Assembly: GCA_031409655.1 (NCBI GenBank)
Contig: JANNXQ010000239.1
Coordinates: 1 to 64,000 of the forward strand
Direction: 5' to 3'
DNA: 64,000 nt
Source of the DNA: Chthoniobacteraceae bacterium
GTDB taxonomy: Bacteria; Verrucomicrobiota; Verrucomicrobiia; Chthoniobacterales; Chthoniobacteraceae
This document shows, piece by piece, positions 20,838 through 30,181 of this stretch; the first letter of the stretch is position 1; each line of letters starts with the position of its first letter. The notes under the pieces were generated by a model, which was given only the letters and a program-made list of their open reading frames with translations, was not told the origin of the DNA and searched no databases. Both the position numbers and the translations under genes were made by a program.

Positions 20838-21388
20838 TCGCCGCCCTTTCGACCCCGCCGCCAGCCCCTCCGGCTCCGCCGACTGGACCCTTCCCGCCAG
20901 AGCCGCCGGATCTCCGCGACATCGCACCACCCGTGGATGTCTTTCCGTGGCCGACCTGGATGGTCGTAGTCGCGGCCATTGTCGTGCTGCTCCTGCTGGC
21001 GGCCCTCGTCTATTTCATAGTGCGCTGGATTCGAAACCGCCCGCCACCGATCCCTCCGAGCCCGCAGTCCATTGCCTTGCGCGAGCTGCGGAAGCTGCAA
21101 CCCCAGACGGCGCGCACCGAGCCGCACGAGTTCACCTTCGCCGTCTCCGATGTCCTGCGCACGTATGTCAGCGCCGAGTATCGAGTGCGCGCCACCGAGC
21201 AGACCTCGCCGGAGTTCCTTGCCGTCATCGGCCAGTCGGTAAAGTTCGCCGACGCCGAGCGCACCCTGCTCGCGGACTTCCTCGAGCGTTGCGACCTCAT
21301 CAAGTTTGCCCGCATCGACGCGGATTCGACGGACAATGAACGTCTGCTCGAAAGCGCGCTGCGTTTCGTGGAAGGAGGCCGGGCGTGA
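20834..21388 (+). CDS. Single-TM Bat-operon accessory protein (DUF4381-like)
   Basis: LRDIAPP followed by a TM helix; EQTSPEFL and CDLIKFA motifs; operon position. Confidence 0.8.
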   Translation: MIAALSTPPPAPPAPPTGPFPPEPPDLRDIAPPVDVFPWPTWMVVVAAIVVLLLLAALVYFIVRWIRNRPPPIPPSPQSIALRELRKLQPQTARTEPHEFTFAVSDVLRTYVSAEYRVRATEQTSPEFLAVIGQSVKFADAERTLLADFLERCDLIKFARIDADSTDNERLLESALRFVEGGRA

Positions 21389-22404
21389 ACAATCTGAAGT
21401 TCGACTCATTTTCATTCGCCCAGCCGTGGTGGCTTTTGCTCCTCCTCCTGGTGCCGCTCCTCGCCTTTTTGAAAGGCGGGCGCGGGGCGGCGCCGGCGGT
21501 GGTCTTCTCTTCTTTGCGGCCGATGCACGGGGTGGGGAAGGTGCGGAAATCGCGCGCGGGCGGGTGGCTGGCGAGTTTGCTCCTGCTCGGGCTGGCGCTG
21601 CTGCTCGCGGCCTTGGCGCGGCCGCAGATGGGGAAGACGCTGAGCCGGGTGGAGGCGAGTGGGATCGATGTGATCCTGGCGCTGGATGTCTCGCGCTCGA
21701 TGTTTGCGGAGGATTTCATCATCGGCGGGCAGCGGGCAAATCGTCTCGATGCGGTGAAGCAGGTGACGCAAAAATTCATCGAAGGCCGCCCGCATGATCG
21801 GATCGGGATCGTGTGCTTTGCCGGTCGTCCGTATCTCGTGAGCCCGCTGACGCTGGATCACGATTGGCTGCTGCAAAATTTGGAGCGCATCCGCATCGGG
21901 CTCGTGGAAGATGGCACGGCGATCGGGTCGGCGATCGCCTCGGCGTCGAATCGCCTGAAGGACCGCGAGTCGAAGAGCAAGATCATCGTGCTGCTGACGG
22001 ACGGCGATAACAACGCGGGGAAGGTGCCGCCGCCCACGGCGGCGGAGGCGGCGGCGGCGCTGGGGATCAAGATCTACACGATCGGCGCGGGTACGCGTGG
22101 CTATGCGCCGATCCCGGTCCAGGACGCTTTCGGTCGCACGGTGTATCGGAACATCAAAGTCGAGGTGAACGAACCGATGCTGAAAGAGATCGCGACGAAG
22201 GCGAATGGGCAATTTTACCGAGCGACGGATGCGGAATCGCTGGAGCGGATCTACAGCGAGATCGATCAACTGGAAAAATCGACGGTCGAGCTCAGCCAGT
22301 ACAAACAGTATCGCGAACTCTTCCCGTGGTTTGTGGCGGCGGGGCTGGCGGCGCTGGCGCTCGGTGCGGTCTTGGGGGAGACGGTGTGGAGGCGGCTACC
22401 ATGA
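21385..22404 (+). CDS. batA: VWA domain protein BatA
   Basis: FAQPWWL, ALARPQ, MIDAS DVSRSM, SPLTLDH, GTAIG, LLTDGDNNAG. Confidence 0.93.
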   Translation: MNNLKFDSFSFAQPWWLLLLLLVPLLAFLKGGRGAAPAVVFSSLRPMHGVGKVRKSRAGGWLASLLLLGLALLLAALARPQMGKTLSRVEASGIDVILALDVSRSMFAEDFIIGGQRANRLDAVKQVTQKFIEGRPHDRIGIVCFAGRPYLVSPLTLDHDWLLQNLERIRIGLVEDGTAIGSAIASASNRLKDRESKSKIIVLLTDGDNNAGKVPPPTAAEAAAALGIKIYTIGAGTRGYAPIPVQDAFGRTVYRNIKVEVNEPMLKEIATKANGQFYRATDAESLERIYSEIDQLEKSTVELSQYKQYRELFPWFVAAGLAALALGAVLGETVWRRLP

Positions 22405-22544
22405 GGAAAATGGGGAACGCCAAACTTCAAACTTCAAACTTCAAACGCCAAACGAATCTGTCTGGACGCTTGGACCGACGTTTGGCGTTTGAAGTTTGGC
22501 GTTTGAAGTTTGGCGTTCATGGGGCAGCGAGGAGGTTCATCTGA
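22401..22544 (+). CDS. 47-aa repeat-derived mini-ORF bridging the batA stop and batB start
   Basis: ATG overlaps batA TGA (ATGA); its own TGA overlaps batB ATG (TGATG); MRKMGNAKLQTSNFKRQTNLSGRLDRRLAFEVWRLKFGVHGAARRFI. Translation not shown. Confidence 0.5.
   Translation: MRKMGNAKLQTSNFKRQTNLSGRLDRRLAFEVWRLKFGVHGAARRFI
22416..22517. repeat. Inverted heptamer-array hairpin E (AACTTCA/AACGCCA type); 39-bp arms, 24-nt loop
   Basis: 22416-22454 vs 22479-22517 are reverse complements at 37 of 39 positions. Confidence 0.95.
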
Positions 22545-24499
22545 TGACTTTCGCCCATCCTCAATGGTTCTGGGCTCTGGCCCTGCTACCCCTGCTCCTG
22601 GTCATCTTTCTGAATAACGAAATGCGGCGGGCAAAGCTGCTCCGACAACTCGTCGCGGCGCGCTTGCAGGATCGGCTGGTCGGCAGCGTCAGCGTCATCC
22701 GGCGGCGGGTGCGTTTTTCCCTGCTCCTGCTCGCTCTGGCTTGCGCGGTCGTCACGCTCGCCCAGCCGCGGTATGGATTTTCCTGGCAGGAGAGTCAGCG
22801 GCGGGGACGCGACATTATCCTCGCGATCGATACCTCGCGCAGCATGCTGGCCACGGATCTGGCGCCGAGCCGGCTGAAGCGGGCGAAGCTCGCGGCGCAG
22901 GATCTCATCGGGCTGCTCGAGGGGGACCGGGTGGGGCTCGTGGCGTTTGCGGGTTCGGCCTTTCTCCAAGCACCGCTCACGGCGGACTATGGCGCGGTGA
23001 TCACGGCGCTGGAGGAACTGGACACGGAGATCATCCCGCAGGGCGGCACGAATATCGAAGAGGCGGTAAAGGCGGCGCTGGATGCCTTTGGCAAAGGCGA
23101 GAGCGATCACCGCTGCCTGATCCTTTTCACCGATGGTGAGGAACTCGACGCAAACGGGGTGCGCGCAGCGGAGCGGGCAAAGGACTCGATGCGGATCTTC
23201 ACCGTGGGGCTGGGCTCAAGGGACGGCAGCTTCATCCCGCTGCCCCGCGAAGGGGGCGGAACGAATTTCGTGCAGGATGGTCAGGGGCAGTATGTCAAAT
23301 CGCGTCTCGATGAAGATCGTCTGCGGAGCATTGCGGAAGCGACCGGAGGCTTCTACCTTCACCTCCTTAATGGCCCCGCGGAGATGCAGCAGATCGTCCG
23401 CGACGGCCTTGGATCCATGACCGAAAAAGACATCGACGCCAAATCCTCCCGCCAGCCAATCGAGCGCTACCAGTGGCCGCTCGGTGCGGGGATCCTTTTT
23501 CTGGTGGCCTCGCTGCTCATCGGCGAGCGCAAGCGGGCCGGGCGCCTCGTCGTGCCGCGCCGTTTGGCGAAGGCCGCCGCGGCATTGATCTTCCTCCTGC
23601 CGGCGCTGGCGGAGGCGAAAAATTCCGGGGTGACGAAATACGAAAAGGAAGACTTCAAGGGCGCGCTGGAGACCTTCACGAAACAGCTCAGCCGGAAGCC
23701 GGACTCGGAGGCCTTGCACTTTAATCTGGGGGCCGCGGCCTACAAAGCGGGGGAGCTGGATCGCGCGTTGGATTCATTTGCCAAAGCCGTGACGACGTCT
23801 GACCCACAGCTCCGCGCCAAGGCCGAGTACAATATCGGCAACACTCTCTTCCAGCGCGGCACGGGACAAAAGGAAACGGACGCGAAACTGCAGGAGTGGC
23901 GCGGGGCGCTTCAGCATTACGAAGAGGCGTTAAAAGTGGAGCCGACGGATGGCAATGCGGAGCACAATCGAGATCTCGTGAAGAGGATGATCGAGGATCT
24001 CGAGAAGCAGCAGCAGCAGCAGCAGTCCAAAGATCAGCAGAAAAAGGATCAGGAGAAAAAGAAGGGCGACGAAAAGAAGGATGGGGAGAAGTCCGAAGGT
24101 GACGAGCCACAGGAGGGTGAGGGGAGTGAATCGAAGGACGGCAAGTCGAAGGATGGTCAGAAGAAGGAGAAGGGCGACGGCGAGAAGAAGGAGAAGGACG
24201 AGGCGGGCAAGGATGGGGAGAAAAAGAAGGACAAGGACGGTGACAAAAAAGGCGAGCCAACGCCCGAGGAGGCGGCCAAGAAGAAGGAGGGCGAGATGAA
24301 GGCTGCGCCGCAGTACGAGCAGGGGGAGGGTGATCCGGAGAAGCAGGAAGCGGAAGATGCCGCCGCCGCCGCGATGGGGAAGATGACGGAACAGCAGGCC
24401 GTGGCCTTGCTCGAATCACTGAAGGCCGAGGACGACCGGGTGCAACTCCGTGAGCGCACCGATCGGCCGGCGCCGGGTCGAACTTTTCGTGATTGGTGA
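22544..24499 (+). CDS. batB: BatB-BatC-like fusion: VWA + TM + TPR + charged low-complexity tail
   Basis: DTSRSMLATDLAPSRL, FTDGEE; TPR LHFNLGAAAY and AEYNIGNTLF; Q/K/D/E-rich tail ending FRDW; GGAGG SD at 22531. Confidence 0.9.
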   Translation: MTFAHPQWFWALALLPLLLVIFLNNEMRRAKLLRQLVAARLQDRLVGSVSVIRRRVRFSLLLLALACAVVTLAQPRYGFSWQESQRRGRDIILAIDTSRSMLATDLAPSRLKRAKLAAQDLIGLLEGDRVGLVAFAGSAFLQAPLTADYGAVITALEELDTEIIPQGGTNIEEAVKAALDAFGKGESDHRCLILFTDGEELDANGVRAAERAKDSMRIFTVGLGSRDGSFIPLPREGGGTNFVQDGQGQYVKSRLDEDRLRSIAEATGGFYLHLLNGPAEMQQIVRDGLGSMTEKDIDAKSSRQPIERYQWPLGAGILFLVASLLIGERKRAGRLVVPRRLAKAAAALIFLLPALAEAKNSGVTKYEKEDFKGALETFTKQLSRKPDSEALHFNLGAAAYKAGELDRALDSFAKAVTTSDPQLRAKAEYNIGNTLFQRGTGQKETDAKLQEWRGALQHYEEALKVEPTDGNAEHNRDLVKRMIEDLEKQQQQQQSKDQQKKDQEKKKGDEKKDGEKSEGDEPQEGEGSESKDGKSKDGQKKEKGDGEKKEKDEAGKDGEKKKDKDGDKKGEPTPEEAAKKKEGEMKAAPQYEQGEGDPEKQEAEDAAAAAMGKMTEQQAVALLESLKAEDDRVQLRERTDRPAPGRTFRDW

Positions 24500-26316
24500 T
24501 GGACGTGCGAAGTCAGATTTCCGGGGAGGGCCGCGCGCGCTTGCTCGTTTACCTGCTTTTCCTCGCCAGTTTCCTGGCAGGCGCGCAGGGCCAGATCAGC
24601 GTGAGCACCGCGCTCACACGTTCCTCGGCAAGCGTCGGCGAACCGATCCAGCTTCAGCTTCAGATCAATGGTGGGCTGCAATTGACGCAGCCGCCAAACA
24701 TCGCCGTGGATGGTCTGGACATCCGCTATCTCGGCCCCTTCACCTTGCAACAGGACATCAACGGCGTGCGCACCGTGACCGTGACGCACACCTATCAGGT
24801 GATCGCGCAACGCCCGGGTGTCTTCACCATCCCGGCGATCGAGGTGGAGGCGGGAGGGCAGCGCTTTCGCGCTGCGCCGCTGACCCTGAAAGTGGAGCCG
24901 GGGAATCCCGCCCAGCCCGCCGGTGAGCAGCCGCTCGACAAGATTGCTTTCGCGGAAATCTTCCTCCCGAAGACCACGGCCTACGTCGGTCAAGCGCTGC
25001 AAGCGGAGATCCGGCTCTACATCGACGCGCGGGTGAATGCCCAACTCGAGCAGATGCCGCTCCTGCCTGGCGATGGCTTTACCAAGACCAAGCTCACGGA
25101 GCCACGAACCGAAGCCGTGCAACGCGACGGGCGGGAGTATAAAGTGGTGATTTTCCGCACGGCAATCACGCCGAGCAAGGCGGGCAAGATCGGCATTGGG
25201 CCGAGTGATTTTAGTTTCATCGCGCAGGTGCCGAGAGCCCAACGGAGGCGGGCTCAGACGGGCATGGATTTGTTCGACGATTTTTTCAACAACGGCGGCT
25301 TCGGCGTCCAGCAGCAGCGGATGACGGCACAGGCCCCGGCGGTCGAACTCGAAGTGAAGCCGCTCCCGGCGAAGGGACGGCCCGCGGACTTTTCCGGCGC
25401 GGTCGGCGAGTTTAGCTTCGAGGCCAATGGCTCGCCGGCGCTGGTGAAAGTGGGCGATCCGGTGACGATGCGGTTGCGGATCACAGGTGAGGGAAATTTT
25501 GACCGAGTCTCCGCGCCGGTGATGGTGGATACGGAAGGTTGGCGCGCCTATCCGGCTTCGCCCGGCGCGTTTCAGACCGGCGACGATTGGGGGACGAGGG
25601 GGATGAAGACTTTCGAAATGCCGGTGATCCCGGAAAAGCCGCAGACCGCGATGCCGAAGTTTCACTTCTCCTACTTTGATCCGAAGGCGGAGAAGTACGT
25701 GACCCTGCAGAGCGACACCGTGCCGCTCGTGGTCGAGGGCGGGCCACCGCCGCCGCCGCCAAAGGTTACAACCGCGGATGTCGCTCCGGCACCGGAGGAG
25801 AACGCTCTGCCGTCGCAGCCCACAGATATTTTCGGCCTGCACTACGAATTTGGAAAAGTGCGGCAGACCTTCGAGCCGCTCTGCCTGCGCCGCGAATTTC
25901 TGCTCGCGCAGTTCGTCCCGGCGGCACTGCTGCTGATCGTCATCGGACGAAGGCTGTTTCGGCGGAGCGATGAGGAACGTCGTGTCGCGGACCTGCGGCA
26001 GGAGAAAGGTGAACTCCTCCGCAAGCTGCGCACGGAATCGGCACACGCGGAATTTTTCGATATGGCTGCGCGGGTCATTCAACTCGAAACGGCGCTGCGC
26101 ACTGGGCGCAGGCCGGGCAGCGTGGATGCGGCCACGGCGTGCGACTCCCGACGGCTCGCTGCGGAAACGGCGGACGCGGTGGCGGATATTTTCAACGCGC
26201 GGGCCGAACTGCTCTACGCCGGCGGCGGTGGCGGTGACGGCGGCATCTCTCCGGCGGCGCGCGATCTGGCGCTGGCCACGATCAAAAACTTTTCCTCGGC
26301 GAATGGAAGCACGTAG
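24499..26316 (+). CDS. batD: BatD family protein
   Basis: Signal peptide; PGVFTIPAIEV, PADFSGAVGEF, FSYFDPKAEKYVTL; C-terminal TM. Confidence 0.9.
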   Translation: MDVRSQISGEGRARLLVYLLFLASFLAGAQGQISVSTALTRSSASVGEPIQLQLQINGGLQLTQPPNIAVDGLDIRYLGPFTLQQDINGVRTVTVTHTYQVIAQRPGVFTIPAIEVEAGGQRFRAAPLTLKVEPGNPAQPAGEQPLDKIAFAEIFLPKTTAYVGQALQAEIRLYIDARVNAQLEQMPLLPGDGFTKTKLTEPRTEAVQRDGREYKVVIFRTAITPSKAGKIGIGPSDFSFIAQVPRAQRRRAQTGMDLFDDFFNNGGFGVQQQRMTAQAPAVELEVKPLPAKGRPADFSGAVGEFSFEANGSPALVKVGDPVTMRLRITGEGNFDRVSAPVMVDTEGWRAYPASPGAFQTGDDWGTRGMKTFEMPVIPEKPQTAMPKFHFSYFDPKAEKYVTLQSDTVPLVVEGGPPPPPPKVTTADVAPAPEENALPSQPTDIFGLHYEFGKVRQTFEPLCLRREFLLAQFVPAALLLIVIGRRLFRRSDEERRVADLRQEKGELLRKLRTESAHAEFFDMAARVIQLETALRTGRRPGSVDAATACDSRRLAAETADAVADIFNARAELLYAGGGGGDGGISPAARDLALATIKNFSSANGST

Positions 26317-27064
26317 CCCCGAGCCCGCAGTCCGAGGCCGCACTTTGCGCCTGGCGATGATGCTCCTGCTGCTCTGCGTCCGCGCGCAGGCGGGTGATTT
26401 TGAAAAGGCGAATGACTTGTATGACGGTGGCCAATTTGCCGACGCGAAGAAGCTCTACGAGAAGCTCAGCGAAGCTGGCGAGCGCAGTGCGAATCTCTTC
26501 CACAATCTGGGCAACGCGGAGTATCGCATTGGCTCTCCTGGACGCGCGGCCCTTGGCTACGAGCGAGCGCTGGCGCTGGCGCCGCGTCATGCGGAGGCAA
26601 GGGCAAATCTGGCGTTTGTGCGCGAGCAGACGCGGGCGAGCGGGCTCGATGTCATGCTCGCCGATCGGGCGCTCCGCTGGCTTTCGGCGGATGCGTGGAC
26701 GGTGATCGGGGCGGTGGCAGCGTGGGCAGTGCTGATCAGTCTCGCCGCGATCTTCACCACGGCGCGGGCGGCTCGCGGCAGCCTTTGGATTGCGACCATT
26801 GCCGGGGTGTTGATCGCCGCGTGCGCGATTTTCGGGGTGCGACTGCATCAGCGCGACCGCGCGCTGGCGATCGTCACGGCCAAGGAGATCGAGGCGCACC
26901 TCGCCCCAGCGAAGAGCGCGGCCCTGGCCGGGGTGCTGCCCGCGGGGAGCCGCGTGCGGGTGCTGAGCGAGCGCGGGCCGTGGATTTTCTGCGAGCTGCC
27001 GGGTGAACGTCGGGGCTGGGTCGAGGCCGGCACCATCGAGCGGATCGACCCTTCGCGCTCGTGA
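26303..27064 (+). CDS. batE: BatE-like TPR + TM + SH3-like protein
   Basis: FEKANDLY, LFHNLGNAEYR, YERALALAP, two TMs, C-terminal RRGWV; start uncertain (26303 or 26357). Confidence 0.82.
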   Translation: MEARSPEPAVRGRTLRLAMMLLLLCVRAQAGDFEKANDLYDGGQFADAKKLYEKLSEAGERSANLFHNLGNAEYRIGSPGRAALGYERALALAPRHAEARANLAFVREQTRASGLDVMLADRALRWLSADAWTVIGAVAAWAVLISLAAIFTTARAARGSLWIATIAGVLIAACAIFGVRLHQRDRALAIVTAKEIEAHLAPAKSAALAGVLPAGSRVRVLSERGPWIFCELPGERRGWVEAGTIERIDPSRS

Positions 27065-27852
27065 AAGTCTGGCTCGCTGTCGCCCTGCTTGCCGTCGCCA
27101 GGCCGGCGTTTGCGGGTGACTGGCGCGAGTCCCTCACGCCTTCCAAGCCAGGGAAATTTGCGCCGCTGCCGCCGCTCAAGGCCACCTATCGGTTTGGCTG
27201 GGGAGCGCTCTCAGCAGCCCGCGCACAGTTTGATTTTTCCAAGCTGCCGCGGGGCGAACTCCGGCTGACCGTCTCCACGGCTACGAGCGGGGCGGTGCGC
27301 GCGCTCTGGCGGATGGACGCCCGGCACGAAGCCATCTGCAGGCAGGCGGCGCTGCGGCCAGTGAGTCTCGTGCAGACGGAGACTTACAGTGATGAAAGTC
27401 TCCGGACGCGGGTGACTTTCGATGCCGAAGGAGTGTCCCGCCTGCGCGAATCCGTGCCCGCGAATGGCAAGCCGGCGAGGACGAAGCGCTTTGAGTGCCC
27501 GAATGTTTTCGATCTCCAGACCGGGCTCCTCTTTGTGCGCAGCCAGCCGCTCCGGACCGGGGACATCTACCGCTTCGTCGTCTATCCCGCGGTCGGGGCC
27601 TACCTCGCGCGGGTGAGTGTGGTCGGCTCGGAGAAAATGCAGGCGGCCGGCCGCTCTTACGAGGCGGTGAAGCTCGAGATCCAGCTTCAGGCCGTGGAAA
27701 AAAATCTCCGGCTCGCCGCGCACAAGAAATTCAAACGCGCCACCGCCTGGCTCTCGGATGATCGCGATCGGCTGCTCCTGAAGATCGCGGCCGATGTCGC
27801 TGTCGGCAGCGTCTGGGCGGAGTTGGAGAAGGTGGAGATCGCCGCGCGTTGA
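27061..27852 (+). CDS. DUF3108-like exported protein
   Basis: Signal peptide; YRFGWG and AWLSDDRDRLLLKI motifs. Confidence 0.75.
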   Translation: MKVWLAVALLAVARPAFAGDWRESLTPSKPGKFAPLPPLKATYRFGWGALSAARAQFDFSKLPRGELRLTVSTATSGAVRALWRMDARHEAICRQAALRPVSLVQTETYSDESLRTRVTFDAEGVSRLRESVPANGKPARTKRFECPNVFDLQTGLLFVRSQPLRTGDIYRFVVYPAVGAYLARVSVVGSEKMQAAGRSYEAVKLEIQLQAVEKNLRLAAHKKFKRATAWLSDDRDRLLLKIAADVAVGSVWAELEKVEIAAR

Positions 27853-27915
27853 GGCGGGATGTTTCCGCTTGTGGCGAATGTTCGCGGTCCTAAACTCCCG
27901 CGTTTTTCGCACTCC

Positions 27916-28686
27916 ATGTCCGCATCCTGCAAACGCATCGTCCTGAAATTCGGCTCCGGCATCCTGGCGAATACCCGCGGAAACACGCTCGATGAACGGC
28001 AGTTCACGCGCATCGCCGCGGATATCGCCGCGCTGGTGAAAGCGGGTCATCAGTGTGTGCTCGTCTCGAGTGGCGCGGTGGCGGCGGGCCTCGGCGCGCT
28101 CGGTTTGAAAGAGCGGCCGGAGGCGCTCGCGGTGCGGCAGGCGTGTGCGGCGGTGGGGCAGTCCCAGCTCATGCAGATGTATGGGGAGAAATTTGCCGCG
28201 CATCGCCTGAACGTCGCGCAGCTTTTGCTCACGCACGGGGACCTCGATAGCCGCACGCGTTCGGCCAATGTCCGCAACACTCTGGACCGGATCTTTGAGC
28301 GGAAGTCGGTGGTGCCGATCATCAATGAGAACGACACGGTGGCAGTCGAGGAGTTGCGCTTCGGGGACAATGACCGGCTCTCCGCGGAAGTCGCGGTGCT
28401 GGTGCAGGCGCAGATGCTCATCCTGCTGACGAGCGTCGATGGCCTCCTCGATGAACGCGGGCGCACCGTGCCCGTGGTCGAAGACATCGACGACGTGGCG
28501 AAGTTGGCGCGGCAGGAAAAGGGACGCTTCTCCGTCGGCGGGATGGTCTCGAAACTGCAGGCGGTGCGGCTCGCGGTCGAGGCCGGCATCCCCACGTACG
28601 TGGCGAGCGGACGGAAAGCCGGGCAGATCGCGGCGATCGTCGCGGGGCGCCGGGCTGGCACGCGGTTTGTGGCGGCAGGTGAGTGA
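27916..28686 (+). CDS. proB: Glutamate 5-kinase (no PUA domain)
   Basis: IVLKFGS, VSSGAVAAG, PIINENDTVAVEELRFGDNDRLSA, GGMVSKL. Confidence 0.96.
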   Translation: MSASCKRIVLKFGSGILANTRGNTLDERQFTRIAADIAALVKAGHQCVLVSSGAVAAGLGALGLKERPEALAVRQACAAVGQSQLMQMYGEKFAAHRLNVAQLLLTHGDLDSRTRSANVRNTLDRIFERKSVVPIINENDTVAVEELRFGDNDRLSAEVAVLVQAQMLILLTSVDGLLDERGRTVPVVEDIDDVAKLARQEKGRFSVGGMVSKLQAVRLAVEAGIPTYVASGRKAGQIAAIVAGRRAGTRFVAAGE

Positions 28687-28687
28687 G

Positions 28688-28794
28688 CCTGGGAGCGCCG
28701 CCGTCCCGAGCGGCATCCTTTCAATCGCGCAGCGCCAATTCGTGCGCGCTACGCGCGAATGGCACGATGCCGCACGGGACGGCGGCGCTCCCGG
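28688..28794. repeat. REPIN/MITE-like palindromic element, copy 2 (between proB and proA)
   Basis: CCTGGGAGCGCCGCCGTCCCG...CGGGACGGCGGCGCTCCCGG. Confidence 0.88.
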
Positions 28795-28833
28795 GGATGA
28801 CTTTCCGCGCATTCCGTGTATCTCGTGGACTTC

Positions 28834-30111
28834 ATGACCACGCTCACTGAACAGATCCACGATTTCGGCCAGCGCGCCCGCGCCGCGGCGCGCGTGCTCG
28901 CCCGGACCAGCGCGGAGCAGAAAAATCGCGGCCTGCTCGCGATGGCGGACGAACTCGGGAGTGACGCGCCGGCCATCCTGGCGGCCAATGCGCAGGATCT
29001 GGCGAAAGCCAAGGCCGGCGGGCTTTCCGCAGCGATGCTCGATCGACTGGCGCTGGACGAAAAGCGCCTCGCGAAAATGGCGGATGGCATCCGCGAGGTC
29101 GCCGCCTTGGGCGATCCGGTGGGGGAGATCATCCGCGATTGGACCCGCCCCAATGGCCTGCGCATCCAGAAGGTGCGCGTGCCGATCGGCGTGGTCGGGA
29201 TCATCTACGAATCGCGGCCGAATGTGACGAGCGACGCCGCCGTGCTCTGCACGAAGACGGGCAATGCCACGATCCTCCGCGGCGGTTCGGAGTCGATTCA
29301 CTCGAATGTCGCGATCGCCGCCGCACTCAGTCGGGGCGGGGCGCGCGCGGGGTTGCCGGCGGACAGCGTGCTCCTCATCCCGAGCACGGATCGCGAAGCG
29401 GTGAAAATTCTCTGCGGCATGGATCGCTGGCTCGACGTGATCGTGCCGCGCGGCGGCAAAGGTTTGATCGAAGCCGTGGTCAGTCACGCCCGGATGCCGG
29501 TGATCAAACACTACGACGGCATCTGCATCGTCTATGTGGACCAGGAGGCCGACCTAGCGATGGCCGAGGCCATCGTGCTCAATGCCAAGTGCCAGCGCCC
29601 CGGCGTCTGCAATGCCATCGAAACCGTGCTCGTGCATCATGCTGTGGCGAAAGAGTTCTTCGCCAGCACGGGCCGCGCGCTTCTCGAAAAGGGGGTTCAG
29701 CTCCGCTGCGATGAGGCCGCGCTGCCGCTGGCCTCCGCACTTCCAGCGGGGGACCAGGTCGTCCTGGCCACGCCGGAAGATTTTCGCACCGAGTTCCTCG
29801 ACCTGATCCTCGCGGTGAAGATCGTCGCTTCGCTCGACGAGGCGATCGCGCACATCGAGGAGCATGGCTCGCATCACAGTGACGGCATCGTCACGCGGGA
29901 TGCTGGCCACGGCGAACGGTTCCTGGCCGAGGTCGATAGCGCCACGGTCTATTGGAATGCCAGCACCCGCTTTACCGACGGAGGGGAATTTGGCTTCGGG
30001 GCGGAGATCGGGATCTCGACTGATAAGCTGCACGCCCGTGGACCGATGGGGCTGGAAGAACTCACGACCTATAAGTACGTGCTGCGGGGCGACGGCCAGG
30101 TGCGCAGCTAG
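28834..30111 (+). CDS. proA: Gamma-glutamyl phosphate reductase
   Basis: IIYESRPNVT, GVCNAIET, NASTRFTDGGEFGFGAEIGIST. Confidence 0.98.
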   Translation: MTTLTEQIHDFGQRARAAARVLARTSAEQKNRGLLAMADELGSDAPAILAANAQDLAKAKAGGLSAAMLDRLALDEKRLAKMADGIREVAALGDPVGEIIRDWTRPNGLRIQKVRVPIGVVGIIYESRPNVTSDAAVLCTKTGNATILRGGSESIHSNVAIAAALSRGGARAGLPADSVLLIPSTDREAVKILCGMDRWLDVIVPRGGKGLIEAVVSHARMPVIKHYDGICIVYVDQEADLAMAEAIVLNAKCQRPGVCNAIETVLVHHAVAKEFFASTGRALLEKGVQLRCDEAALPLASALPAGDQVVLATPEDFRTEFLDLILAVKIVASLDEAIAHIEEHGSHHSDGIVTRDAGHGERFLAEVDSATVYWNASTRFTDGGEFGFGAEIGISTDKLHARGPMGLEELTTYKYVLRGDGQVRS

Positions 30112-30181
30112 GTCCGGAGGGGACTTCGCGGGGAGGGCTGGCCCGGAATTGGCTTCCCGAGAGGAGAAGCCTGCCTGCCCT

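Noticed and set aside
22416..22517. Heptamer arrays as a CRISPR array
   Set aside because: Units are 7 bp, contiguous and inverted, with no unique spacers and no cas genes.
24005..24370. (CAG)n and K/D/E/G low-complexity tract
   Set aside because: In-frame charged linker typical of BatB/BatC tails; not a separate element.
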